From: an uncultured Candidatus Saccharibacteria bacterium
Lineage (GTDB): Bacteria; Patescibacteriota; Minisyncoccia; Phycocordibacterales; 2-02-FULL-43-11
Direction of reading: 5' to 3'
Assembly (NCBI GenBank): GCA_964348785.1
Contig: CAYGDO010000005.1
Span: 1,188-65,187 of the forward strand
Length of the DNA stretch: 64,000 bases
Shown here: piece after piece, positions 40,501 through 46,036 of the stretch
How the letters are laid out: each line of letters opens with the position of its first letter
How positions within the stretch are numbered: position 1 is the first letter of the stretch
Program-made: the position numbers and the translations under genes
The notes under the pieces: generated by a model
Database searches by the model: none
Told to the model about the DNA's origin: nothing
The model's input: the letters and a program-made list of their open reading frames with translations, nothing else

Positions 40501-42782
40501 CAAATGGTGTAACAGGCCCTTCATTTGTTATTGGTTCTTCAACTAAAACTGATTTTGTTGTGAACAATGATGGGAATGTTGGTGTCGGTACCACTTCTCC
40601 ATATGCAAAACTTTCTGTAACCAACACAGGCACAGGGCCATCATTTTTGGTGGAAGATTCAACTTCTCCAGATTCAACACCTTTTGTTATTGCAGATGAT
40701 GGTGATATTGGTATAGGAACTAGCACTTCAAATCTTGGTTCTTATAGATTATTTATTGATTCTCCAAATTCACAAACTTTAGGAATAAAAAATTCAGTAA
40801 CCACCAACCAACCTGAAATGCTGACAATGACTGCTTCAGACAACTCTGTTTTAGCTATTAGATATAACGAAGCTGCTCCAACTAACGCTGTCCCCGCAGA
40901 TGTTTGGGAATATAGATCAGGAGGTTCAGGAAGAAAGCAAGTTTTTTCTTACTTTAGTCTTTATCCAACATTGACAGTAGACACTGCGGCTTCAAGAGGT
41001 GGTATCGGTATTGGTACTACTACTCTAGGTTCTAAACTTTCTGTTGCTGGTTGGTCTGATGATACTGCCGGAACTGCTTTAATGTTGATTTCAACTTCTA
41101 CTGCTTCTGCTACTTCTACTGCTTTCGTAGTTGATTCAAACGGAAAAGTTGGAATTGGTTTAAATAATCCTCAGTCGCAACTTCACATATCAGGCAATGT
41201 ACTTTTAAATAACGGACAAGCGTTCCAGGTAGTAGATAGTGCCGGTACTAATAGAAGCGTCTTAACGATGTCATCGGCAGATAACGTCACTTTAGCTGGC
41301 AGGTCAGGGGTGTCAGATATAAATATAATAAGTTCCACTACTTTTATAGTTAAGTCTTCAGGTGCTATTGGTATCAACGATACTACTCCTGATTTCAAAT
41401 TTGAATTAAACGGGCAAACTGGAAGTGGATATTTTGGTATAACACAAGCTGTCGATGGAGATGTGTTTCAAGTTGGAGCTAACGGATTAGTGGGTATTGG
41501 AACATCAACTCCTTTCGCCAAATTATCAGTTTCGGGAACTTCACTTTCAACTTCACCGGTCTTTGCAGTTTCCACCTCCACAGCCTCAGCAACTTCAACC
41601 GCCTTTATTATTGATTCAAACGGTAAGGTTGGAATCGGAACAACTTCACCTTGGACCACCTTCTCTGTAAATGGCGGAGTTGCGATGCCAAGTTTGACCG
41701 CTGAAAGTACTTCAGGAAGCGCTGTTTGTTTGGATGCGGGAGGGGAGCTCCAAGTAAACACAGGTCTTCAAACTTGCACAGTGTCATCTATTAGGTATAA
41801 GACAGATATAAATAATAATACTGGTGGTCTAAGTACGATTCTTGCTCTTAAACCTTCCGCCTTCAAATATAAAGATGGTGACGGAAAAGAAAGAATTGGA
41901 TTTGTAGCCGAAGATGTTGAAAAGATTGACCCAAGACTTATTGCTTTAGGAAGAGACGGTTTACCTCAAGGTGTTCGCTATGAAGATATCACCGCGGTTC
42001 TCACAAAGTCCACTCAAGATATTGCTTTTATACTTTCTTTGGCTTCAAGCACGGATGGCACATTTAGATCAGTTCGTTTGGATGATTTGGAAAAGAGAGT
42101 TTCTGATTTGGAAAATAGAAATGTTGCCAATGTGAGCTCTTCCGGCTCTAATATTTCTTTGCAAGGTGCAGTTGATGCAGTCGTTACATACTTTGAATCA
42201 TTGGGTGTAAAAATCTCAAACGGTGTCGCTGAATTTAAGAAAATTATTACTGAAAACTTTGAAGTGGGAAGTTCCGCAAGACCGGCAGGTATCACTTTGT
42301 ATGATGAGGAAACAAAAAATCCTTATTGTTTTAAGATTTTAGGTGGCGTGGCCACAAGCACTCCTGGCTCTTGTGATTCTATTGTTCCAATTGATTCTGC
42401 TACAAGCACTCCTTCAACTCCGGGGGATGTCGCTTCAAGTACCGCCGATGTAATTCCTCCAGTTATTACTTTGCTTGGCAATAATCCAGCAGAGATTGCC
42501 AAAGGAACTTCCTATGTTGATGTTGGTGCAACCGCAACTGATAATTCTGGAATGAGTATCATGCCAGATATTATTGAAAATACAGTTGATACTTCTGTTG
42601 TCGGCGAATACCGAGTTGTTTATAGCGCTCACGATGCCTTGATGAATATTTCAACAAGTACTCGTATTGTGAAAGTTTTTGATCCGTACGCTCCGATTGT
42701 TCCTGTAGAACCACCAGTTACAACAACTGAACCAATTATTGATAATACTGTATCAACAAGTACAGCAACCAGCACAGAATAG
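28575..42782 (+). CDS. Giant (4735 aa) membrane-anchored surface fibre protein. Order: N-terminal excisionase-type HTH; single TM; long β-helix/β-roll-like repeat region; C-terminal peptidase-S74 intramolecular-chaperone domain; terminal Ig-like (DUF5011-type) domain.
   Basis: One uninterrupted 14.2 kb ORF. Residues about 20-55, YAPDYIGQLCRGGKLECRRVGRSWFV, are HTH_17-like. TM helix IYSLTVSVAVVTFVFFA at about aa 160-180. More than 40 copies of the GNVGIGTTSPxxKLSV(A/S)G motif, plus 16-17-residue N..G.. repeats (NTAVGYNSAFTNTTGSS...). C-terminus SIRYKTDI...LKPSAFKYKDGDGKERIGFVAEDVEKIDPRLIA...GVRYEDITAVL...LEKRVSDLENR matches the phage tail-fibre/endosialidase S74 chaperone. Final PPVITLLGNNPAEIAKGTSYVDVGATATD... 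is DUF5011-like. Confidence 0.85.
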   Translation: MSAGLKIEDRKFIPSKDASKLSGYAPDYIGQLCRGGKLECRRVGRSWFVEETSLVKHCQINGNDKPLTQESVPGYKSSGFEIEDKDRVYVASDFKVENKQENEKTALPKVEEIKSLSNVVILENSKISPSSSGALSLKNNLKTSLLKLPKFPKIDPDFLHKIYSLTVSVAVVTFVFFARGSSFTETVSLFAKNSFDNLNSGFVALVQDFSNLTPKVLANNFAYGFENKIDKKESGLISSFVNHQVFNFGKKASLVFNTTKFASLEFKDNPIGFGKNTALVIFENSSNKVSGLAKNISGMPDRFAFYLSSQKVLINDLMVVTASISESLKQDPLFPIKEFAKNVNLETDKYINNGKNFVLSLFDRSKLPNQFIVVYKVDGTKKLQKTPASQIYIEGPRQVVQNVTQQIKVSGVTKEEVESMLASLNTKLSSEIYKISSATNSNGVYINNVYNTVSHTNKIDKLGSIEISNSTITGSTFSGTTGVFSESVSIGGTLAVTGSSTFSGNTNFDSGVLYIDSVNNRVGISTTTPGFTLDVDGTINATALYVNGSPYIGSQWTTSGTDVYYNGGNVGIGTSSPYGLLSVVGEIIAEKFTATSTTATSTFGGGLSVLGNINFNGELLQDNAPFVGSQWTSTSTGVYYNSGNVGVGTTSPTDLFSVGGVVYIASTTSPSVATNRLYNSFGDLYWNGNLLSSGSIGTWTSSGGNVYRGSGFVGIGSTTPFVTLAVGGDAYVDGNLTASNITATGTATFRNILATSSTTLQNFTFQNATGTQATTTNFFSSIFNGITGIFSSLTSGSATFGSLTATSSVNLSYAGAGNNMLLTTDGSGNVVGSSTPQVASINATSTTATSTFTNLFANQSILGTIIGGTWNGSTIAQSYGGTGFSSYTAGDVLYANGSGNLTKLPIGADGLVLKITGGLPDWQADVTNSGAAGLWATSTDSLVLYPTDSADVLVLGGTATTTTGNILEVIGNSRLGGTVSVGATTTPSASLSINALAGQDSFSIGSSTSSYFLVNKSGNVGIGTTSPVTKLAITTSTGADGLIAGNSFVGNWNDISTYAVFSHSNFRVNGSTNNYALIQDSTGETYLNAASGKEIRFALAGTRAMVLDDNGNLGIASNTPYAKLSVTNTGTNPSFLVEDSTSSDSTPFIIDASGNVGVGTTTPNWKLSVAGIGSFDDYIRASYFTATSTLRASTFPYASTTALSVSENAYFPNNGIWNENGDLGVGTTSPSSNFSVSGNAYITSTLGIGTNDVPQGQLRVAGDTQGLLYVSQLGAADDEKNWYFDAEGGDLYWGINNDAFSGGANYARISRTGVSIDAFEVMYGYNNQAWFKQEVAGIQPYTNSPTARWHIRAGSTAASSAPLKIDSGPLMTSPEIGAIEFLTDKWYGTITTGTSRKEFTLNDQVLTSGRVPFATTNGRLTDDTDLVFTGSNLGIGTSTPYAMLSVAGEVVAQNFTATSTTATSTFAGGITGPGSFTVQSSSGRVGVGTTSPYALLSVHGLGAFDYINVNATTSTSTISGGLSVGGGALNYDFSSGVTSINALEMGALNFEADAGQVSWADLTVTSASVAGLAQSYSAQINSNPILTIFGEADGAGGVRNTLAVGIGTTSPLHQLDILAGSTTDFTTGKTANYYGINVSNQATSSTASIIKSGINITSTGSWSGTSASNIGLYVSSVTGGTNNYDAIFNGGGNVGIGTTSPFAKLSVAGASLSTSPVFAVSTSTASATSTAFIIDSNGKVGIGTSTPSQQLSVQGNGYFTGNLIANTLQFLGIGNNMMLVTDDSGNVVGSSTPQVASINATSTTATSTFAGNLSVGGNLNFNGAFLQNGSPFVGSQWTTSGSNIYYNTGNVGISSSTPVNTLDVGGWIGVATAYGFKQGTTTALIASSTTYGTFVGGNAGKSTNSTGLYNTAVGYNSAFTNTTGSSNTSLGYNSLFTNTGDSNVALGENTLYLNGTGSYNTAVGTRSLYTNSTGANNTALGFGALYTNTASNNVALGMHSLYYNSSGADNISIGYQSSYSNDTGGKNTVIGTQALYTNFSGANNTILGYKSGYAVDTGANNILLGYQAGDAITSGSNNIVLGYDIDAPSNTDSNQLNIGNIIFGTSIDGTGTTISSGNIGIGTTSPGQKLSVAGDILGNNIIGQYFTATSSSATSTFAGGITGPGSFTVQSSSGRLGVGTTSPYAFLSVNSNGLTGPAFNIGSSTQTNFEISNVGSMTVRNTQFGATHNIIARDLTYSFTDGSGSGLGIGTGMYLAPGQIRLGTSVINWTGDPAVVGNSNSIGLAYQAKGFLRVTDGSSGFGNLISNAIGVSTTSPWAVLSVAASSTNSNSIPLFAVSTSTASATSTAFIIDANGKVGIGTTTPYTQLAVQGGIAGDYLNINATTSTSTISGGLSVGGGSLVYDYSSALTSINGLQISGTLKFDTDAGVINWIDLPISAAANNAPQSYSANIGSTEVFTVYGEADGSGNSKNLRVGIGSTTPMAKLSVSGTTTSSTSWAFAVADVASSTKFIIRDDGVIGVATTTPWGLFAINPNGVTGPSFVVGSSTRTDFVVNNDGKVGVGGTTTPWTALAINAQAGTDSFAIGSSTSSYFIVNKSGNVGVGTSTPSVGLHVYKNFQTYQQLASTMVLDSDSYTGLVLSEGGNSKWAIRTQSNSNSDLIFLRNSGTSASPSWDTDNLVFQRSTGNIGIGTTSPGQTLSVAGDILGNNIIGQYFTATSSSATSTFAGGITGPNSFTVQSSSGRLGIGTSSPWTSLAIEATAGQDSFSIGSSTSSHFTINKSGVVNINNGPISATNVPLIVRDTTNDGASSIKVTSNNNSQIALIGPTAFSSNTVLTISATGGGALQLQNYSTGPVTIGTNGGTERFRVNSAGLVGIGASSTPWALLSVNPNAHTSGPSFVIGSSTKTDFVVANDGKVGIGTTSPSQELSVQGNGYFSGNVITSGSLTINDWLNLPAGYGIKQGTTTALIASSTTYGTFVGGNAGKSTNSTGLYNTAVGYNSAFTNTTGSSNTSLGYNSLFTNTGDSNVALGENTLYLNGTGSYNTAVGTRSLYTNSTGANNTALGFGALYTNTASNNVALGMHSLYYNSSGADNISIGYQSSYSNDTGGKNTVIGTQALYTNFSGANNTILGYKSGYAVDTGANNTLLGYQAGDAITSGSNNIVLGYDIDAPSNTDSNQLNIGNIIFGTNISGTGTTISTGNIGIGTTSPGQKLSVAGDILGNNIIGQYFTATSTTATSTFAGGITGPGSFTVQSDSGRLGVGTTSPSALLSVNASAGNDSFSIGSSTSSYFIVNKSGNVGVGTTSPSAKLSVKGDGTTTGRAFAISNSSGAEKFTVLDSGNVRLGVGANAAATKLEIIGSDSSSSVGTEDEIKLIRPLLSLEYPKVASFKLGKWDPGNLTSSSRLDIALKNGANGTYDADTTVMSFLSSGNIGIGTTSPYAMLSVAGEVVAKNFTATSTTATSTFAGGITGPNSFTVQSSSGRLGVGTSSPWTSLAIEATAGQDSLAIGSSTSSYFVVDKSGNVGIGTSSPMYKLNLKTATANYGFMHTDGSVELGTFVWNTGSLPGGWIGTKSNHDLHLFTNNSNPLATLDTSGDFGIGTTSPYAKLSVTNTGTEPSFLVEDSTSPDSTPFIIDASGQMALGTSTTLEKFTQSGGYFRLTSGATNGDGVNNGTYFTDSTGNNELMQATGGKPTYSSGYKVTPAGTAATIQLNTATAFNWYIPTGLSAGSTSGDLTGITTNTMVFNSSGRLGIGTTTPYARLSINGASTGTDNLFLVATSTASATSTAFIIDSNGKVGVGTTSPYAQLSVQGIIAGQSFNADNASATSTFAGGFNVGNGSILYDWNSGTTSIPYLEIGAQNFAADSGIVSWTDLPITSSSANNSVQSYSANIGSTEVLTVYGEADGSGNSKNLRVGIGSTTPMAKLSVSGTTTSSTSWAFAVADVSSSTKFIIRDDGVIGVATTTPWGLFAINPNGVTGPSFVIGSSTKTDFVVNNDGNVGVGTTSPYAKLSVTNTGTGPSFLVEDSTSPDSTPFVIADDGDIGIGTSTSNLGSYRLFIDSPNSQTLGIKNSVTTNQPEMLTMTASDNSVLAIRYNEAAPTNAVPADVWEYRSGGSGRKQVFSYFSLYPTLTVDTAASRGGIGIGTTTLGSKLSVAGWSDDTAGTALMLISTSTASATSTAFVVDSNGKVGIGLNNPQSQLHISGNVLLNNGQAFQVVDSAGTNRSVLTMSSADNVTLAGRSGVSDINIISSTTFIVKSSGAIGINDTTPDFKFELNGQTGSGYFGITQAVDGDVFQVGANGLVGIGTSTPFAKLSVSGTSLSTSPVFAVSTSTASATSTAFIIDSNGKVGIGTTSPWTTFSVNGGVAMPSLTAESTSGSAVCLDAGGELQVNTGLQTCTVSSIRYKTDINNNTGGLSTILALKPSAFKYKDGDGKERIGFVAEDVEKIDPRLIALGRDGLPQGVRYEDITAVLTKSTQDIAFILSLASSTDGTFRSVRLDDLEKRVSDLENRNVANVSSSGSNISLQGAVDAVVTYFESLGVKISNGVAEFKKIITENFEVGSSARPAGITLYDEETKNPYCFKILGGVATSTPGSCDSIVPIDSATSTPSTPGDVASSTADVIPPVITLLGNNPAEIAKGTSYVDVGATATDNSGMSIMPDIIENTVDTSVVGEYRVVYSAHDALMNISTSTRIVKVFDPYAPIVPVEPPVTTTEPIIDNTVSTSTATSTE

Positions 42783-42803
42783 TTTTTTGATTTAAGATAA
42801 GAT

Positions 42804-43322
42804 ATGAAAAACAAACCAAACAATTATGCGTTCATAGACAGTCAGAATGTTCACAAGGGAATTAAACATCTTGGTTGGGATATAGATTGGTACAGATTTT
42901 TGGTGTATCTAAAAGAAAAATATAAAGTAAGTGCAATATATTTATTTATTGGTTTTGTGCAAGAGAATCAAAAACTATACGAATATCTTCAAAAGTGTGG
43001 CTATATATTAATTTTCAAACCAATTATATTTGATGGTGAAGGGAAAGTTAAAGGGAATTGTGATGCTGATTTAGTATTACACACTCTCTTGAAAATTAAT
43101 GAATATGAAAAAGCGGTAATTGTTACGAGCGATGGTGATTTTTACTCACTTGTTAGACATTTATATGAGCAGAAAAAACTTGAAATGGTGTTAAGTTCAT
43201 ACGTTAAGACTTGTTCAAAACTTTTAAAAAAGGAGGCAAAAGAGAAGATAAATTATATGGATAATCTTAGGAACAAAATAGGCAGAAATGAAAATGCACC
43301 GCATAAGGACGGAACCTTATGA
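42804..43322 (+). CDS. NYN-domain (LabA-like) putative RNase.
   Basis: YAFIDSQNVHKG...NCDADLVLHTL...AVIVTSDGDFYSLVRHL matches NYN/PIN-like conserved Asp positions. Confidence 0.65.
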   Translation: MKNKPNNYAFIDSQNVHKGIKHLGWDIDWYRFLVYLKEKYKVSAIYLFIGFVQENQKLYEYLQKCGYILIFKPIIFDGEGKVKGNCDADLVLHTLLKINEYEKAVIVTSDGDFYSLVRHLYEQKKLEMVLSSYVKTCSKLLKKEAKEKINYMDNLRNKIGRNENAPHKDGTL

Positions 43323-43399
43323 AGTGCATTTTCTTATGGATAAGCATTATGTTAGTAAATATTTATGGGTAAGTCAATGTTTGATATTTAGATAAAAAA

Positions 43400-45610
43400 A
43401 TGAAAATCGCTTACAAAAATACGTTAGAAAATAAGGACAAAATTAAGGTCGTTATATCAAGGTCGAACCTTGATATCAAGGTTCGACCTTGGACAAAATT
43501 GATATTTTTATTATTTTTTATCTTTTGTTTTTTTGGTATTTTTAGTTTTGCTGATGCTGTCGTGGTTAATACTACAAATAAAGACACTTTAAGAAACGGC
43601 TTAGTTGGCCACTGGACCATGGACGGTAAAGACGTAGTAAGCGGAGTACTCCAAGACAAAAGTGGAAATGGAAACAGTGGTCGATTGGTAAACATTGCCA
43701 CTTCTACTTTCTATACCTTGGGCAAAATTGGTCAGGCGTTTAGGTTTAGTAAGAATCTTAGTCAATACGTTACTATTCCTGATAATTCATCTTTTGATAA
43801 CACTTCAACATTGTCATTTGGAGGTTGGTTTTATCTTGATAGTTTGGTTTCTTTTAATACCATAATATGTAAAAGGGTGGGTAGTTCTGATAATCATTCT
43901 TTTTGTGTGTTTGCCGATAGCTCTGGGAAATTAAATATTGATATTGACGGTTTTGGAGATAGATTTACTAGTACCGCAACCTTATCTCCGAAGAAATGGT
44001 ATCAATTTATGGTGGTTTATGATGGAAATTTGGTCTCAACTGAGCGCGCTAAATTGTATATCAACGGAACACTTGATAGGAGTGCTACCGAAACGAGTTC
44101 TTCAGTACCAAATTACACTTCCACCCTAAGGTTTGGTGAGTTGCAGGGAAATAGTGCAGGGTATATGGGTGGAAAGATTGATGATATTCGTATCTACAAC
44201 CGCGCTCTATCAGCTTCAGAAATTACTCAACTATATAACCAAAGCGCGGGTGACAAAATTAACTCCACTCCAAAAGGCATACCAGCGAGCGGTCTTAACT
44301 CCGGCCTCGTCGGCTGGTGGACAATGGATGGTAAAGACGTAGTCAACGGAGTACTCCAAGACAAAAGTGGAAATGGAAACACGGGAAATTTGGTAAACAT
44401 TGCCACTTCTACTTTCTATACTTTAGGTAAGATAGGTCAGGCGGGGAAGTTTGATGGGAGTGATGATGTTATCGTCGCATCTAGTGATCTTGTCGGTACA
44501 GGAGCAGATTCTATCTGCGCGTGGATTAAACCATCGGGTTGGGGTGAGGGTGGTTTCGGTAGATTGTTTGATAATAGCGTAATGTGGTTTTATTTAGTTC
44601 AGACAGGTCAATCTTTACGCTTTACATCAAACCAATCCAGTGGTTTCTATTTTGATACCACTTCAAGCAGTATCAAGCTAAACCAGTGGCAACATGTATG
44701 TGCGGTCAGAGATGCATCAGGAAGTGGTATTGTTTATATTAATGCTGTTTCTAATAATACTGGCAATACAGGCACTCCCGCAGCTGGTTCCACTTCGTAT
44801 ATAGGTAATCGCGCCGCCGGCGATAGGGCGTTTAATGGATTAATCGACGACGTTCGCATCTACAACCGTGTACTTTCCGCATCAGAAATTACTCAACTAT
44901 ACAACCAAGGAGCTGGCGACAAAGTAAACTCCACCCCCAAAGGTGTTGCAACCCAAGGTCTCAACTCCGGCCTCGTCGGCCACTGGACCATGGATGGTAA
45001 AGACGTAGTCAATGGAGTACTTCAAGATAAAAGTGGAAATGGAAACAGTGGTCAGTTGGTAAACATCGCCACCTCTACTTTCTATACCTTAGGCAAGATC
45101 GGTCAGGCGTTTAAGTTTGATGGGGTCAATGATTATGTAAATTCAAATTACAAGTTTAATTTTGGCACATCGCCTTTTGCGGTTTCGTTTTGGATTAACA
45201 CAAAAATAGCGGTTGCGTTCCGTCCCATCATTGGAGAAGTGCATAACACTCTTGCCTCTTGGACGGTTACCTTTTCTAATCTGACAACAGGCACTCTAAG
45301 TATGCAAATTTATGATGGTTCAGGAACCGATACTGCAACAACAAATGGAACAACAAAAATCAACGATGGAAAATGGCATCACATTGTAGCGTTTCGTAAT
45401 GGTTCAACACTTAATATTTATGTTGACGGGCGTTTGGAAGTTACCCCGGCAACTGACAATCAGAGAAATTATGGCACAAATGCTAATTTTGCAATGATGG
45501 CAAGAGCTGATTCGTTCCTTCCTAATGGTGGAAAATTAGACGACGTTCGTCTTTACAACCGTGTGCTTTCTGCTTCTGAAATTACACAGTTATATAATTT
45601 AGGCCGTTAA
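43400..45610 (+). CDS. Secreted/membrane-anchored protein with three tandem LamG-like (concanavalin A-like lectin/glucanase, PF13385-type) domains; paralog 1 of 4.
   Basis: An N-terminal hydrophobic signal/anchor (LIFLLFFIFCFFGIFSFADA). Three repeats each begin LVGHWTMDGKDVV..DKSGNGN.G.LVNIATSTFYT.GKIGQA.KFDG and end DD(I/V)RIYNR.LSASEITQLYNQ, the LamG_3 hallmark. The 5' coding region contains the REP palindrome. Confidence 0.8.
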   Translation: MKIAYKNTLENKDKIKVVISRSNLDIKVRPWTKLIFLLFFIFCFFGIFSFADAVVVNTTNKDTLRNGLVGHWTMDGKDVVSGVLQDKSGNGNSGRLVNIATSTFYTLGKIGQAFRFSKNLSQYVTIPDNSSFDNTSTLSFGGWFYLDSLVSFNTIICKRVGSSDNHSFCVFADSSGKLNIDIDGFGDRFTSTATLSPKKWYQFMVVYDGNLVSTERAKLYINGTLDRSATETSSSVPNYTSTLRFGELQGNSAGYMGGKIDDIRIYNRALSASEITQLYNQSAGDKINSTPKGIPASGLNSGLVGWWTMDGKDVVNGVLQDKSGNGNTGNLVNIATSTFYTLGKIGQAGKFDGSDDVIVASSDLVGTGADSICAWIKPSGWGEGGFGRLFDNSVMWFYLVQTGQSLRFTSNQSSGFYFDTTSSSIKLNQWQHVCAVRDASGSGIVYINAVSNNTGNTGTPAAGSTSYIGNRAAGDRAFNGLIDDVRIYNRVLSASEITQLYNQGAGDKVNSTPKGVATQGLNSGLVGHWTMDGKDVVNGVLQDKSGNGNSGQLVNIATSTFYTLGKIGQAFKFDGVNDYVNSNYKFNFGTSPFAVSFWINTKIAVAFRPIIGEVHNTLASWTVTFSNLTTGTLSMQIYDGSGTDTATTNGTTKINDGKWHHIVAFRNGSTLNIYVDGRLEVTPATDNQRNYGTNANFAMMARADSFLPNGGKLDDVRLYNRVLSASEITQLYNLGR
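43454..43490. repeat. REP-like nested palindrome, copy 1 (TATCAAGGTCGAACCTTGATATCAAGGTTCGACCTTG), inside the 5' coding region of the LamG gene.
   Basis: The 19-bp unit ATCAAGGTCGAACCTTGAT is followed by its reverse complement. The same element is found at 46131, 50652, 52927 (half copy) and 53617. Confidence 0.75.
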
Positions 45611-45716
45611 CCCCGTTAGAGATTTAACATCATTAAGTTTTGTAACGTAACTACTAATTAGAGTAACCCATGTATAATTTAGTAACATATAAAAAGTAAA
45701 TGAATCTCTAACGGGG
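45611..45716. repeat. 14-bp perfect inverted repeat pair (CCCCGTTAGAGATT ... AATCTCTAACGGGG) enclosing a 78-bp AT-rich segment with a TGTATAAT -10-like box, directly upstream of the GIY-YIG gene.
   Basis: Arms at 45611-45624 and 45703-45716 match exactly as reverse complements. TATAAT at 45673-45678. Confidence 0.5.
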
Positions 45717-45727
45717 TAGATAAAACT

Positions 45728-45988
45728 ATGATTTATACTTACATACTAAAAAGCGATAAAGATGGAATGTTATATACAGGTTGCACGTCAGATTTACGGA
45801 AGCGTTTTAAGGAGCATAATGCTAACAAGGTTGTTGCGACTAAATCTCGGGGGCCGTTTACTATTATCTATTACGAAGCTTGTATAGATGATCATGACGG
45901 TTTTACTAGAGAGAAATATTTGAAAACGGGTATGGGTAAAAGATATTTAAAAAATCGTTTAAAACGCTTCCTTACTCTAACGGTCTAA
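45728..45988 (+). CDS. Small GIY-YIG nuclease-superfamily protein (UPF0213/YhbQ-like).
   Basis: IYTYILKSDKDGMLYTGCTSDLRKRFKEHN matches the GIY-(10-11)-YIG motif plus conserved Arg and Glu. 86 aa. Confidence 0.75.
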   Translation: MIYTYILKSDKDGMLYTGCTSDLRKRFKEHNANKVVATKSRGPFTIIYYEACIDDHDGFTREKYLKTGMGKRYLKNRLKRFLTLTV

Positions 45989-46036
45989 AGGAAGATAAGA
46001 AGATAAATCAAAAATGAAAAATCAAATATCATAAAT

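Noticed and set aside
29713-42823. About 25 minus-strand and alternate-frame ORFs (60-160 aa) inside the giant gene
   Set aside because: They lie wholly within the 14.2-kb plus-strand ORF. The repetitive, codon-biased coding sequence produces stop-free antisense frames, and the products are low-complexity mirrors of the repeat.
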